DNA of 64,000 bases, from assembly GCA_950097015.1 (NCBI GenBank), contig CATNEN010000001.1:7254001-7318000 (forward strand). Direction: 5' to 3'. Source of the DNA: Macrostomum hystrix (Eukaryota > Animalia > Platyhelminthes). Both the position numbers and the translations under genes were made by a program. The notes beneath the pieces are model-generated. The model saw only the letters and a program-made list of their open reading frames with translations. It made no database searches and was not told the DNA's origin. The stretch's first letter is position 1, and each line of letters opens with the position of its first letter. This document shows, one piece after another, positions 1 through 12,087 of the stretch.

Positions 1-8
1 CAGCTTAC

Positions 9-54
9 CTGTCAGACAGACTAGTAGAACAATCACGATTGCGAGCTTAATCAT
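9..54 (-). CDS. First coding exon (signal peptide MIKLAIVIVLLVCLT-G) of a secreted/membrane protein continuing off the left edge
   Basis: Minus-strand ATG at 54, 15 mostly hydrophobic codons, phase-1 donor ACAG|GTAAGC at 9/8; TATATAAA on minus strand at about 167-174. Confidence 0.6.
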
Positions 55-825
55 GCTGAAACCCGACATTTCCGTTTAAACCAACGAAACAGAGGTGTGG
101 TTAATTTAATATTATGATTAGTTTTCCCGCTTCGCTTTGCATAAAAAATGTTACATTTCTGTTAGATTTATATACACAGTGGCTATTGACGATGCTTCGA
201 GTGAGACTGCGAGTCTGTGCGCTCAATTGTGTCACCATGGAGACAACACAGAAACAAGTGAGCTATTTTTAGATCGAAAATAAAATATTGTCAGGCCAAT
301 TTTCAGTGAGTAAGACAGGCAGGGACGAAGTGAGAGAAAGAATCCTGCGAACTTGCAGGTGTCACTGCACAATTGTTTTCAAGAAAGGCCACTATATGCA
401 AGACTCGAGAAATGGTTACCATGAAATATAGGTCTTTACCTAGTGTCTCTACCACTCGTCGCTTTAGGCAATTTCGAAAAAACTGCCTCTGCGAAAAATA
501 GAAAGCAAAAAAACACCGAAGCTTTTCTGGGCTTCTTACTCTGAGCAGTTTCATCAACCAGTATTTTTTTAAAAATAGCTTTAAATGAACTGACGCACTC
601 GCTAAGTACTTCAGTTTGCATACAATAGCTTTGCCATGCATTTGTATTTCACTCATCTAGCACTGAGTCATTGCAAACTCCAACAGCACTCACGGACAGT
701 CGCTTCATCGAGTGAACCAAAAAACCGTCACAGTAATAATTTAAACTCGCGCGAGCGTTACTTTTATTGAAAAATGTTATAAACACAGTCGTTAAGATAT
801 GAAGTGCAAATTCATTGATAAATAT

Positions 826-900
826 CTGCCATTTTACAAGTGTCTTGTTAAAGAATAGAATTTGTTCCAGAGGAGTCGGGAATCGAACCCCTTAACCCCT
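826..900 (-). mobile_element. tRNA-derived SINE fragment (family A)
   Basis: Reverse complement GGGGTTCGATTCCCG...CTGGAACAAAT...AACAAGACAC...GTAAAATGG aligns with the copy at 20683-20835. Confidence 0.6.
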
Positions 901-1760
901 AACCCGCAACAGATTTATTATCCAGAACAATTCAGACAAGCCGGCGCTATTTTGACAGCAACTTGTCAAGGTACAATAGAAGGTGAGACGCGGCTTTGCT
1001 GCTTGGCGAAGAAAACACAATTAGCAAAGCCTGCAGACTAAAAAAACCAGAATAGAAAGCGCTATTGTAAATTAAAATAGCCGGCTACACAGCTGCGGGG
1101 GACAAAGTTGACAGGTGATGCGCACTAAAATAAAAAGAGCTTGTAGCCCAACTGTACTTGGCAGGGTTTGGCACCCTTCCCCAGTCTGCAGACTGAATAG
1201 TTGCACGTTCAGACAATGGAAGCAATACATGCAGCTTCGGCTGTACCAGTGGCTGGTTCCAAGGTCCTTGGAAAATTTATATCCCTCGTTGAGTAGCTCG
1301 TTAGCACGAGTGATACCAACCTTTTCTAGTGATACGGCTTTTCCTGTCCCTTCCCTTGCCCTATGACTCATCCCACGTGTCCTTGAGACGTCAATGTCTT
1401 TCATATTTTCCTTAAGTTGGGGATAGTAATACTGAAGTAATACATAATCTTATTATTATAGTTGTACATCCACCTCCCTTTGTCTATTTGTTCTTAAATT
1501 ATATATATAATTTAATAATCTTAAGTCTAGCGTACAGCCCCAATATTTTTTTATTTTTAATTCTTCCAGATGCACACCCACCCCACATCCGTCCCAACCA
1601 ATCACCACACGACGACCCAAGCCACGCGATTCGTCTGTCTGGTAAAAAGGTCAAGGTCTGGCGGATCATGCGATCAAGGCGTGGCCGCGTTTTCCACATC
1701 GTCGAAATTGAAAACCCCTGCAGATAAACTTCACCCTGCTAGCAATTGCGTTAGTTTATA

Positions 1761-2902
1761 CGAGGGTTGTCCGGCCAAAAATAGGACTGCTTTAATAACT
1801 CAGCAACAATGCATGCAAACAAAACGAAACTTGAGTCACTTCTCAACAAAGTTGCCACCTTTCTCCAGACACCGCTCCCACCTCACCAGCCACTTGTCGA
1901 AGGCCTCAGCGAAGCTAGACGCAGGCATAGGGGTCGTGACCCCCTCCCAAGTATTCTTGACCTCCTGTAGGGAGTCAAAACGGGCGCCAGCGATCGCGGC
2001 TTTGACTTTAGGAAATAGCCAAAAGTCGCATGGGGCCAAGTCCGGGGAGTACGGCGGATGTGGCACAGTCTGAATGCCTCGCCTCTCCAGGAACTGCTGG
2101 GTCAACGCTGACACGTGGGGGCGGGCATTGTCATGATGGAGGAACCAGCCTCTTCGCGCCAGCTGCGGCCTCTTGCGGCTGATATGATCTTGCAGAGTGT
2201 CCAGGACCTCACAGTAGTACTGGCTGTTGACCGTCAGTCCATTTGGCACATAATGCGTGTACACCAGCCCGCTCGAGTCGAAGAACACAAGAACACAATC
2301 GCTCAGCTCGGTTCTCCTCAGTCAGAAGGTGCGGCACCCATCTTGCTGACACATGCTTGAGCTGCAGATCCTTGGTCAGAATCTCGTCAACAGTTGTCTT
2401 CGATATGCCAGTCAAGTCGGACAGTTCCCTGACAGTGAGACGCCTGTCGTCGCTGATCAGCTCCTCAACCATCGCCACATTCGCTGGCGTCCTAACAGTT
2501 GGATCACGATGGTGACCTCTGCCATCAGAGCCATCGTGACCTTCACGAAGCTGTTCAAATATGTAATACACTTGGCTCCGCGACAAGGCTTCGCTGCCGT
2601 AGATGGCCTGCAGGTGCTGCATGCACTCCTTGGCCGATCTCCCGGCCTTGAAGCAGTCAACAACGATTTCGCGCTGTTTAACCATCGTAAGTGGTAAGAT
2701 AAGTGCTAGGAAATGTCGTAGGGGTGTGCGATAGGCAAAAGCTTGCCTTAAGCAGTGTCAAGAAACCATAAATGCGCTGCTGTAGTTTTTTGAGGAGTTA
2801 TGTCCATAGACATTGAAAAATATTATTATCGATTTTCAGATTCATATCTCACATAGCTGAAGTAATATTTGAGCAGTCCTATTTTTGGCCGGACAACCCT
2901 CG
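1761..2902 (-). mobile_element. mariner (DD34D) DNA transposon, internally deleted
   Basis: Perfect 31-bp TIRs (1761-1791 CGAGGGTTGTCCGGCCAAAAATAGGACTGCT and 2872-2902), TA TSD at 1759-60 and 2903-04; transposase motifs WVPHLL, HHDNARPH, YSPDLAPCDF with 34 residues between D2 and D3. Confidence 0.97.
1836..2685 (-). pseudogene. mariner transposase pseudogene (deletion plus frameshift near 2290; first catalytic Asp region missing)
   Basis: N-terminal HTH ORF 2209-2685 and C-terminal ORF 1836-2288 are in different frames; the TGDE-W segment is absent. Confidence 0.9.
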
Positions 2903-3586
2903 TACAAGTAATTAAAGAACAAAGCCTTGTCAGTCTTGTACGAGTGCAATTCGGTCACATGATAAATGATCAATAAGAGTTCTGCATAATTTATGGTGCA
3001 AGTGACTGTCGCTTTTTACTTTATTTTTATTTTTTTAAACAGTTTACTTACACATCTAGTTATAATTAACAGTGCGGTGCTAATAATTACACAGTTAAGC
3101 AGATTTATAAACAAACTAGTGAAAAATCTACGAATAAGTATATAATGGCAGCATATTTATGGACACACAAAATGACCAATAAGACACTATTAATAGTTTC
3201 ATTGGATGTGAAGAAAATCGATTGATTTGCAAATTGGATTGTTACACCTGGCTCAATCGTTTTCTATTTTCTCTTCAATAGAAGATTGAAATTCTATAGA
3301 AGATAACATTTTCAACAATTCAACAGTCAACATTCGAAAGAATAAACAGTACTACTTTTCCAAACATAACTGAAATTTTCCTGATTTTTTTTGCCATGAA
3401 AGTGCACCATGAAACTATACTTAATTTCGCCCAAATTAATTTAAAAAATCTATTGACGATCAGAATAAATGGTAGTTAGCTGCAGTAGAAAACAGAAGAA
3501 CGCTTATGTAGATAAACAAAAATAGGGAAAAGGGAAAATTCAAGTGAGTGATGACACTTTTGTGGAAGAATACTATTTTCTTGTTG

Positions 3587-5680
3587 TTATTGTTGTTGTT
3601 GCTGCTGCTGCAGCTCAGATTGTGGTGATGGTGGCAGTGTCTGTTGAGGCAAAGGTGCTGAGGTTTGCTGCTGTTCCTCTGATTGTGGCGATGGTGGCTG
3701 CGGCTGCGGCAGTGTCTGTTGAGGCAAAGGTGCTGGGGTTTGCTGCTGTTCCTCTGATTGTGGCGATGGTGGCTGCGGCTGCGGCAGTGTCTGTTGAGGC
3801 AAAGGTGCTGGGGTTTGCTGCTGTTCCTCTGATTGTGGCGATGGTGGCTGCGGCTGCGGCAGTGTCTGTTGAGGCAAAGGTGCTGGGGTTTGCTGCTGTT
3901 CCTCTGATTGTGGCGATGGTGGCTGCGGCTGCGGCAGTGTCTGTTGAGGCAAAGGTGCTGGGGTTTGCTGCTGTTCCTCTGATTGTGGCGATGGTGGCTG
4001 CGGCTGCGGCAGTGTCTGTTGAGGCAAAGGTGCTGGGGTTTGCTGCTGTTCCTCTGATTGTGGCGATGGTGGCTGCGGCTGCGGCAGTGTCTGTTGTGGC
4101 AAAGGTGCTGGGGTTTGCGGTTGTTGCTGCTGCTGCTGCTGATCATTCTGTCTAATAGCATCCACCGCGTTGCGAATAGACCAACGCTGCAAAATGTCCG
4201 GCAGTTCAAAGTGATGGAAGAAATAAACCATTGAATGCTGGATAAACAGCCAGCTAGTGGTCAGGGCCAAGCCGCTGTACTGTCCATTAAACCGGTAGTA
4301 ATAAGCATAGAAGCCGGCATGATATAAGAAGAAGAATCTCGGCCAATGTCGCTTAGTGACACTGGTGTGGCACAGCAGTGCCAGAAACTGATCCGATATC
4401 CAAATGATAATTATAACATAGAATGCAGTTGATGAATCTGTGAAAAAATCGCTCATTATAGTCTCCATGCCAACTAAGCCAAGAATGATAGTTAGCAGCT
4501 GGGCTACTGGCAGATTTGGCGGACGCAGTGTAGTGTTGAACTCTAATCTCTGCAATAGGTCGGCGATAAACAGAAATATCTGATGATGCGAATAGCGCAG
4601 CAGCATAGATATGCACAGGGTGAAGATGATCATGATGAAAGCCGATGGTAGATAGCTGCTGCGGCTCATCCACACGTTGACAAAGCGAAACTGATCGCCA
4701 GTAACCACATTGCGAACGAAGCCCTTGTCACCAGATTCGGCTAGACGTTTCAAACTAGCTAGCAGCAGGTCATTGTAGCCAAGAAACTCTTCTAACAGGA
4801 AGCGGCTGAATGCGTTACCAAAGCAGGTGTGATTGTTGGGATCCAGTACGACTAGTTCAACAGGGATTTTTAAATTCTTGCGCGTCTGAGGCGACAGCTT
4901 TAAGAAGCCGTACTCCAACGAGTATTCAATAATATGCTTCTCGCGAGGAAACACGAGATTAGCAAACAGTTCTAGCTCGGTTAGCGTCTCTCTGAAAGGT
5001 TGCAAAGCTTTATCTGTGCTAACGTTCGCGCTGGCAACCAGGTAGTCGAATAGGTAGCCAAGGGTGTCGCCGGAGCTGGCGCCAGCGGTTGCACCGGTGG
5101 GATTAGCGCCGCGCGATGGGAAACGAAAATCTGTCTGCCGATAAACAGTGCCGTTTCGCGAATAGTGCCTGGCGACTAGATCGGCTAGGCTTGGCGGATC
5201 GCACTGCCGGGATAACGCCACATTACGAGCCTGACCACTTGACAATCCATGCTGCTGAGGACTATGAAATGAGACTAGTTGAGCCGCACTGAACTCTTTG
5301 TGATAAGACTGGTTTAGATCGTATCCAGGCGGCGCGGATTTAATAATTTCAACGCGCAATACGCCATTTCTAGGCCAGGTCGCAATCAGATTGTCCATAC
5401 AGGTGACAGGAGCCTTGACAAATATCAGGTGCACGTACATTAGAATCATTAGGGCCACTACGGCAACAACTAGGAGGACGAATTCAATGAAACGACGCGC
5501 CGGAGAAGGAAACGCGCTAGCATAAATGACGCACAGACGATGAAGAAAAAACTCGAATAATTGATCGCGCTCGGCATTATTTACAATGGCGGGCGGAGCC
5601 GCTGGTAGCTGCAGAGGCGGCTGCTGAGCTACTTGTCTTGCTGGCGAATTGCCAGCAGGCTCAGGAACAATGTCCGCCAT
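3587..5680 (-). CDS. TMEM259: Membralin (TMEM259), single coding exon
   Basis: Family motifs WPRNGVLRVEI, EYSLEYGFLKLS, LLEEFLGYNDLL, METIMSDFFTD, WPRFFFLYH, LFIQHSMVYFFHHFELP; first ATG at 5680 (ORF track starts at an upstream TTG). Confidence 0.95.
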   Translation of the reverse strand: MADIVPEPAGNSPARQVAQQPPLQLPAAPPAIVNNAERDQLFEFFLHRLCVIYASAFPSPARRFIEFVLLVVAVVALMILMYVHLIFVKAPVTCMDNLIATWPRNGVLRVEIIKSAPPGYDLNQSYHKEFSAAQLVSFHSPQQHGLSSGQARNVALSRQCDPPSLADLVARHYSRNGTVYRQTDFRFPSRGANPTGATAGASSGDTLGYLFDYLVASANVSTDKALQPFRETLTELELFANLVFPREKHIIEYSLEYGFLKLSPQTRKNLKIPVELVVLDPNNHTCFGNAFSRFLLEEFLGYNDLLLASLKRLAESGDKGFVRNVVTGDQFRFVNVWMSRSSYLPSAFIMIIFTLCISMLLRYSHHQIFLFIADLLQRLEFNTTLRPPNLPVAQLLTIILGLVGMETIMSDFFTDSSTAFYVIIIIWISDQFLALLCHTSVTKRHWPRFFFLYHAGFYAYYYRFNGQYSGLALTTSWLFIQHSMVYFFHHFELPDILQRWSIRNAVDAIRQNDQQQQQQQPQTPAPLPQQTLPQPQPPSPQSEEQQQTPAPLPQQTLPQPQPPSPQSEEQQQTPAPLPQQTLPQPQPPSPQSEEQQQTPAPLPQQTLPQPQPPSPQSEEQQQTPAPLPQQTLPQPQPPSPQSEEQQQTPAPLPQQTLPQPQPPSPQSEEQQQTSAPLPQQTLPPSPQSELQQQQQQQ
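3600..4140 (-). repeat. Coding 75-bp tandem repeat (6 full plus 1 short) encoding QQQTPAPLPQQTLPQPQPPSPQSEE
   Basis: Near-identical units, in frame within the membralin C-terminus. Confidence 0.95.
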
Positions 5681-6324
5681 TAGGGATAGCAGCAAGTATA
5701 CAATGATTTGATTTACCGACTTATCACAAAGTTGCTTATTGTTAAAAGATTATCGCTGTGTAGAATTTTTGCGTTGAGTTGTTGGTTTTGAGTACTGAAA
5801 ATTTGTCGATTTAAAGTTTAGATTAGTTTTCTTTTCTAGAAAGATTTTAGCCTTTCTAAAATACTCTGTATGCTACTTATGAGTAGTAAGGGCAAAAAAG
5901 AAAAACTAAATCGTCAAAGCAAACAAAAACCCAGAATCGAATAGTCGAACTCTAAAAATAACTCGAGTGGATGGAGTGTTGGGGGTTGGCAAACAAGGCT
6001 AGCTAGGCAAGCAAGGCCTCATTTCTGGTCACAAGATTTCTCTACCCTAAACTTTGTAGCACGAGTTCATGGCCTGCCTGAGTGAGACATCCATCGAACC
6101 ATATTTTCAGAGCAGCTCCTTTTAAAAGCAACAACTGTAGTGTAGCTCAAAGAAGAGAAAAGTTCTTGCCCAGCAGCGTGAAAAAGATGCACATAAAATA
6201 CCAAAGCTAGCAGTTTAAATACCGAAATTCAGCGACTACACTTAGAGTTGAAAACTAATATATACCAAGTCTTTAAGCAGTTAAAAAATAGCTTTATATA
6301 TTTGATAGTGATTTTTAAAGAAGC

Positions 6325-8476
6325 ATGCCAGTTTTAATTATTCGAGGTCTTGTCGTTTCACTACTGCTGGCTACACTATTTGGTAATCACTAAAACTGAA
6401 TAATTTCTTATACTATGCTATAGACGTTTTCTACATCCGAAAAAGACATTTCAGCGTCCGGACTAAGCATACAATGCTACGTGGCTAGCGGGAGTATCTA
6501 TTTTAGGGATGGCATCCTACAGACCTGCAGCAATGCCGTCAACTACTGCTATTACTACTTCACGAAGATTGCCGGCATACCGGTAAGCCTCAAGGATTAG
6601 ACTGAAATAAATCAATCCCTTAAAACTAACCCTGCTGAAATTGCTAATTAACAGTTGAAATACCAGATGGGTATTTTAAATGCCCACATTTTTCAGTATC
6701 TTCCGAAATATTCAATTAATTGCTATGAAAATCTGTTGAAATCAACTGAAGAAACTTTCAGAATCATACAACATCGGCATCGTCCAGATATTCAACGATT
6801 CTTTTTGGCGTATATAGTGGCAAAAATATAGGCATAATTTTTCTACTCACAAAAAGCATTATGTAACCATGTCGGCTATCATGTTTGACTATTCTGGATT
6901 GATTAAATTGTTATTTCTATCATTTTTGAACCAATGTTGATTGGCCATATAGGTTTACACAGAGCAATGTTAGTTGTCAGTCACCAGGGTCTTCGACAAG
7001 AACAGCTGAATATCTCGATGCTAATTCAGACGGCTTTGAAAGTTTGTTCTTCGTATTGGACGGAAAATTTTGATTCAGATGGTGGACTTTCATGTACATT
7101 CTCTCGCGACGAGCCTCACCAACCATCCATTAATGTACATCCTTTCCCGGCCAAGCCTCCCCGCCACCCCCAAATGTACATTCTCTCCCGGCCAAGCCTC
7201 ACCCACCACCCCCAAATATACATTCTCTCCCGGCCAAGCCTCACCCGCCACCCCCAAATATACATTCTCTCCCGGCCAAGCCTCACCCGCCACCCCCAAA
7301 TGTACATTCTCTCCCGGCCAAGCCTCACCCACCACCCCCAAATATACATTCTCTCCCGGCCAAGCCTCACCCGCCACCCCCAAATATACATTCTCTCCCG
7401 GCCAAGCCTCACCCACCACCCCCAAATATACATTCTCTCCCGGCCAAGCCTCACCCGCCACCCCCAAATATACATTCTCTCCCGGCCAAGCCTCACCCGC
7501 CACCCCCAAATATACATTCTCTCCCGGCCAAGCCTCACCCACCACCCCCAAATGTACATTCTCTCGCGACGAGCCTCACCAACCATCCATTAATGTACAT
7601 TCTCTCCCGGCCAAGCCTCACCCGCCAGCCCCAAATGTAAATTCTCTCCCGGCCGAGCCTCACCCGCCAGCCCCAAATGTACATTCTCTCCCGGCCAAGC
7701 CTCACCCGCCACCCCAAAATGTAAATTCTCTCACGACGAGCCTCACCCGCCACCCCAAAATGTAAATTCTCTCACGACGAGCCTCACCCGCCAGCCCCAA
7801 ATGTACATTCTCTCCCGGCCAAGCCTCACCCGCCAGCCCCAAATGTACATTCTCTCCCGGCCAAGCCTCACCCGCCACCCCAAAAGGTAAATTCTCTCCC
7901 GGCCAAGCCTCACCCGCCACCCCAAAATGTAAATTCTCTCACGACGAGCCTCACCCGCCACCCCTAATGTACATTCTCTCCCGGCCAAGCCTCACCCGCC
8001 ACCCCAAAATGTATATTCTCTCCCGGCCAAGCCTCACCCGCCACCCCAAAATGTAAATTCTCTCACGACGAGCCTCACCCGCCACCCCAAAATGTAAATT
8101 CTCTCACGACGAGTCTCACCCGCCAGCCCCAAATGTACATTCTCTCCCGGCCAAGCCTCACCTGCCACCCCCTAAATGTACATTCTCTCCCAGCCACTGC
8201 TAATCAATGACGGGGACGTTGCTAGTATTTTGCATATTTACTATTTAGCTAATTAAATACAACTGTCCATCAGAAAATTTATATCATTCTCTCTGCCTTA
8301 CTATACAGTACTACTACAAGAATTGCGGCACTTGCAGTCCTACAATGACAGACTGCATCCAGTGCAACAGCACCAATGGCTGCAACGCTGGAGACAGAGT
8401 ACAGACTACGGCCACAACTCTGTTAGCCTTGTTACTAGCGACCGCACTATGGGCAATGCGACACGACCGAATGTGA
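6325..8476 (+). CDS. Ly6/uPAR three-finger, GPI-anchored protein, about 117 aa; exons 6325-6382, 6455-6582, 8309-8476
   Basis: Manual splicing with matching phases gives MPVLIIRGLVVSLLLATLF-ASGLSIQCYVASGSIYFRDGILQTCSNAVNYCYYYFTKIAGIP-YYYKNCGTCSPTMTDCIQCNSTNGCNAGDRVQTTATTLLALLLATALWAMRHDRM: signal peptide, IQCY start, terminal CN, hydrophobic tail. Confidence 0.85.
7092..8196. repeat. 42-bp minisatellite (TACATTCTCTCCCGGCCAAGCCTCACCCGCCACCCCCAAATG) in Ly6 intron 2
   Basis: About 26 tandem units. Confidence 0.95.
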
Positions 8477-8944
8477 CGGCAATGACTCGATTAATAATGA
8501 CCTAAAACTATATATCTTAGATAGCTGTTGAGATAAAGAGAAGTTATGAACCTTCCTATTTTTATGATTTATAATTAAATTTTTCTGAATAGAAAGAAAC
8601 GAGTTATTCTAAAAATATTTTTAGTGACTACTTAATTATTTATAATAAAAAAATTTTTTACGAAAAAAATAAAAAAGCACTAAAATCTACGTTGTTAACT
8701 AATTAAATTTATTCAATTTTTAGGACATAGAATATGAAAGTTATAAAACAACTTTCTTACAGCAAGAAGATATTAAACTAGCAAGCATGAAATGCGCACA
8801 GGAATTTAAGTCTTTCAGAACATTTTAACAAGAAGTCACTTAGTCAGAAAAATATCTGATTATGGCAAAATTTTACGTTCGTAAATCTTATGTGTATGAC
8901 TATTCGAATACTTGCTACATAATTCGAATTATTAACTAAATACT

Positions 8945-9515
8945 CCACCTGTCTAACCTACCCGAATCATCTAGCTAATCTACCTGTCTAACCTACCCGA
9001 ATCTACTAGCTAGTCTACCTGTCTAACCTACCCGAATCTACTAGCTAGTCAACCTGTCTAACCTACCCGAATCTACTAGCTAGTCTACCTGTCTAACCTA
9101 CCCGAATCTACTAGCTAGTCAACCTGTCTAACCTACCCGAATCTACTAGCTAGTCTACCTGTCTAACCTACCCGAATCTACTAGCTAATCTACCTGTCTA
9201 ACCTACCCGAATCTACTAGCTAGTCAACCTGTCTAACCTACCCGAATCTACTAGCTAGTCTACCTGTCTAACCTACCCGAATCTACTAGCTAATCTACCT
9301 GTCTAACCTACCCGAATCTACTAGCTAGTCTACCTGTCTAACCTACCGAATCTACTAGCTAATCTACCTGTATAACCTACACGAATCCACTAGCTACTCT
9401 ACCTGTCTAACCTACCCGAATCTACTAGCTAGTCTACCTGTCTAACCTACCCGAATCTACTAGCTAGTCTACCTGTCTAACCTACACGAATCCACTAGCT
9501 ACTCTACCTGTCTAC
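8945..9515. repeat. 35-bp minisatellite (CTACCTGTCTAACCTACCCGAATCTACTAGCTAGT)
   Basis: Tandem units starting about 25 bp past the MRPL48 stop. Confidence 0.95.
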
Positions 9516-9539
9516 TAATTCAGGTAGTCAGCGGCATGA

Positions 9540-10124
9540 TCAAGCATTTCCACTGCGGCCGATTTCCATCTGTTTCTTTAGCTCCTGAACCTCCAAATCT
9601 GGCACGAAGCGGAACTCGGTATCCTCCTCAGTTGGCTGCTCAAGCTTCATGCTGACACCTTCCGGCAGATTCTGCATCAGGACGTTAATAAGCATGCCGA
9701 TTTCTACATTAGGCAAGCCATCGATTGTGAGTACTCGGCGATAAGTATTCAACTGGAAACTGTCTCGCACTTGCGTGGACTCGGGCTGGTATAAATCTAC
9801 CACAGTTCTGCGCAGCGGATAAGCCACCTGCTGACAGTTTTCCGATCCCAGGCCGAACTGATTGCGCAACAGACTGTGAGCATATTTCACGAATCTTTCT
9901 AGTGTAGGGTATTCGTAACTGGTGAATGACAGGTTAAACTGGTTGGCTGATGGATAGTCAGCCTTATAATCTAGATACTCTGGTTCGTAGACTCTGGGCA
10001 AGCGTACAGTTGCTGGCTGTTGGCATAGCAACCTGGCTGGTTGACGGGGCAGCGTGTTCAAGCAGCGACGTAGAGGAAGATAGGACAAACGACAGACGGA
10101 GATTAGATTTAGCGAAGATGGCAT
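9540..10124 (-). CDS. MRPL48: Mitochondrial ribosomal protein L48 (S10-like fold)
   Basis: Arg/Leu/Ser-rich presequence, YEPEYLD, SYEYPTLERFVKYAH, YRRVLTI, NLPEGVSM, RFVPDLEVQELK resemble mL48. Confidence 0.85.
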   Translation of the reverse strand: MPSSLNLISVCRLSYLPLRRCLNTLPRQPARLLCQQPATVRLPRVYEPEYLDYKADYPSANQFNLSFTSYEYPTLERFVKYAHSLLRNQFGLGSENCQQVAYPLRRTVVDLYQPESTQVRDSFQLNTYRRVLTIDGLPNVEIGMLINVLMQNLPEGVSMKLEQPTEEDTEFRFVPDLEVQELKKQMEIGRSGNA

Positions 10125-10269
10125 TTTTATACGGCTGCTAGCTGCAATTAGAGACGATTTTAATTTGCAGAATTAGAAAAAATGACCCGGAATTTTATAT
10201 TTACTAGTTAAATAAATAAGAATAGCTGGTAAAAGTTATCGATAAGAACGACCGTCCGACTATGATAAT

Positions 10270-11110
10270 TGAGCCATAGATAAGTGCCATGGTATAAAAG
10301 CCATGAGTCGGGAGTGCCATTTAATAAGAATGACTCGAGAATGCCATAGATAAGAATACGCTCGTAACTCGAGAGTGCCATAGATAAGAATGACTCGAGA
10401 GTGCCATAGATAAGAATGACTCGAGAGTGCCATAGATAAGAATGTCTCGAGAATGCCATAGATAAGAGTGACTTGAGAGTGCCATAGATAAGAATACGCT
10501 CGTAACTCGAGAGTGCCATAGATAAGAATGACTCGAAACTGCCATAGATAAGAATGACTCGAGAATGCCATAGATAAGAATGACTTAAGAGTGCCATAGA
10601 TAAGAATACGCTCGTAACTCGAGAGTGCCATAGATAAGAATGACTCGAGAATGCCATAGATAAGAATGACTTGAGAGTGCCATAGATAAGAATACGCTCG
10701 TAACTCGAGAGTGCCATAGATAAGAATGACTCGAAACTGCCATAGATAAGAAAGACTCGAGAGTGCCATAGATAAGAATGACTCGAGAGCGCCATAGATA
10801 AGAATGACTCGAGAGTGACATAGATAAGAATGACTCGAAACTGCCATAGATAAGAAAGACGCGAGAATGCCATAGATAAGAATGACTCGAGAGTGCCATA
10901 GATAAGAATGACTCGAGAATGCCATAGATAAGAATGACTTGAGAGTGCCATAGATAAGAATGACTCGAAACTGCCATAGATAAGAATGAGTCGAGAGTGC
11001 CATAGATAAGAATGACTCGAGAGTGCCATAGATAAGAATGACTCGAGAGTGCCATAGATAAGAATGACTCGAGAGTGCCATAGATAAGAATGACTGAAAA
11101 CTGCCATAAA
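10270..11110. repeat. 26-bp minisatellite (TGCCATAGATAAGAATGACTCGAGAG)
   Basis: About 30 tandem units with occasional longer variants. Confidence 0.95.
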
Positions 11111-12087
11111 GAAGATTGATTTTAAAATAGCTTTAAAGACTAATAATTTGGTAGTATCATAGATAAGATTGATTTCATAGTGCCATGAATATAAATGACC
11201 CAATGTCAAGTACTTGCATAGTTAAGTCCTTGCTTGCATTAAAAAAGCACATCTATTGATACACAAAAAAAAGAAAAAAAACATTTTCATGCAGCCTAAT
11301 AAATTGCACTCTAGAATATATATTTCCCTTCCATTCAGCTGCAAAAATTTACGGAAATAAAACGGAAATAGAAGTATTTTAGTAAAAAGCGATAACTTTT
11401 AGGAGCAGAAAAGAGGTGGATAATACAAAAACAAAAATGATAAAGAAAGCAATCTGAAAAGGTGTCAAAAAAGAGACGGAAATCAATAGAAAGATTTCTG
11501 ACATAGTAATATGATATCTAGAAAGGAGCTATTTGAAACAAAAACTTGGACTATCGCAGTATTTTTGATAGGATTATGCTTTGCAATTGCGAAGATTGGT
11601 TATATTACTTTAATATAACCAACATATTTCTAAAGTCACTGAAACTAAATTATCTGAATAAATACATTAACTATACTACATAGAACTTTAAGCGATTGGC
11701 AAGTCTATAATTTTTACTAAGTGAGATAGTATAGAAACAATAATTGCAGAGATAAAAATTGACATAAAAAATAAACATTAGAAGATTCAATTTCTGTCTA
11801 CAATTGTCTATTAGGTCGACAAGGAGTAGCGAAAATAAATAACAAACAGTCAAGTGAAAAAAAGCTGAAAATCACAGTGCGCTAAATAACATCTGAACAT
11901 TGTTTAACATTTCTGTAAATATAATACAATAGTACTTCCTACAAATGGGCACAGTTGTCTAACTAGTCTAAAAATAAATAAACAAAGACTCAATACTTAT
12001 GACTGAATAAGCTGCTCATATTTAATTAAGTCAGTTTCACAGCATGGATTGGAACTAGTCAAAGGTTGGACTCCCCCATATCTAAGC

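Noticed and set aside
303-1727. Short ORFs 303-656, 1072-1404, 1115-1366, 1488-1727
   Set aside because: No recognisable family or consistent splice model; may be decayed TE or gene fragments
3460-4209. Antisense and alternative-frame ORFs over the membralin repeat
   Set aside because: Shadows of the 75-bp coding repeat
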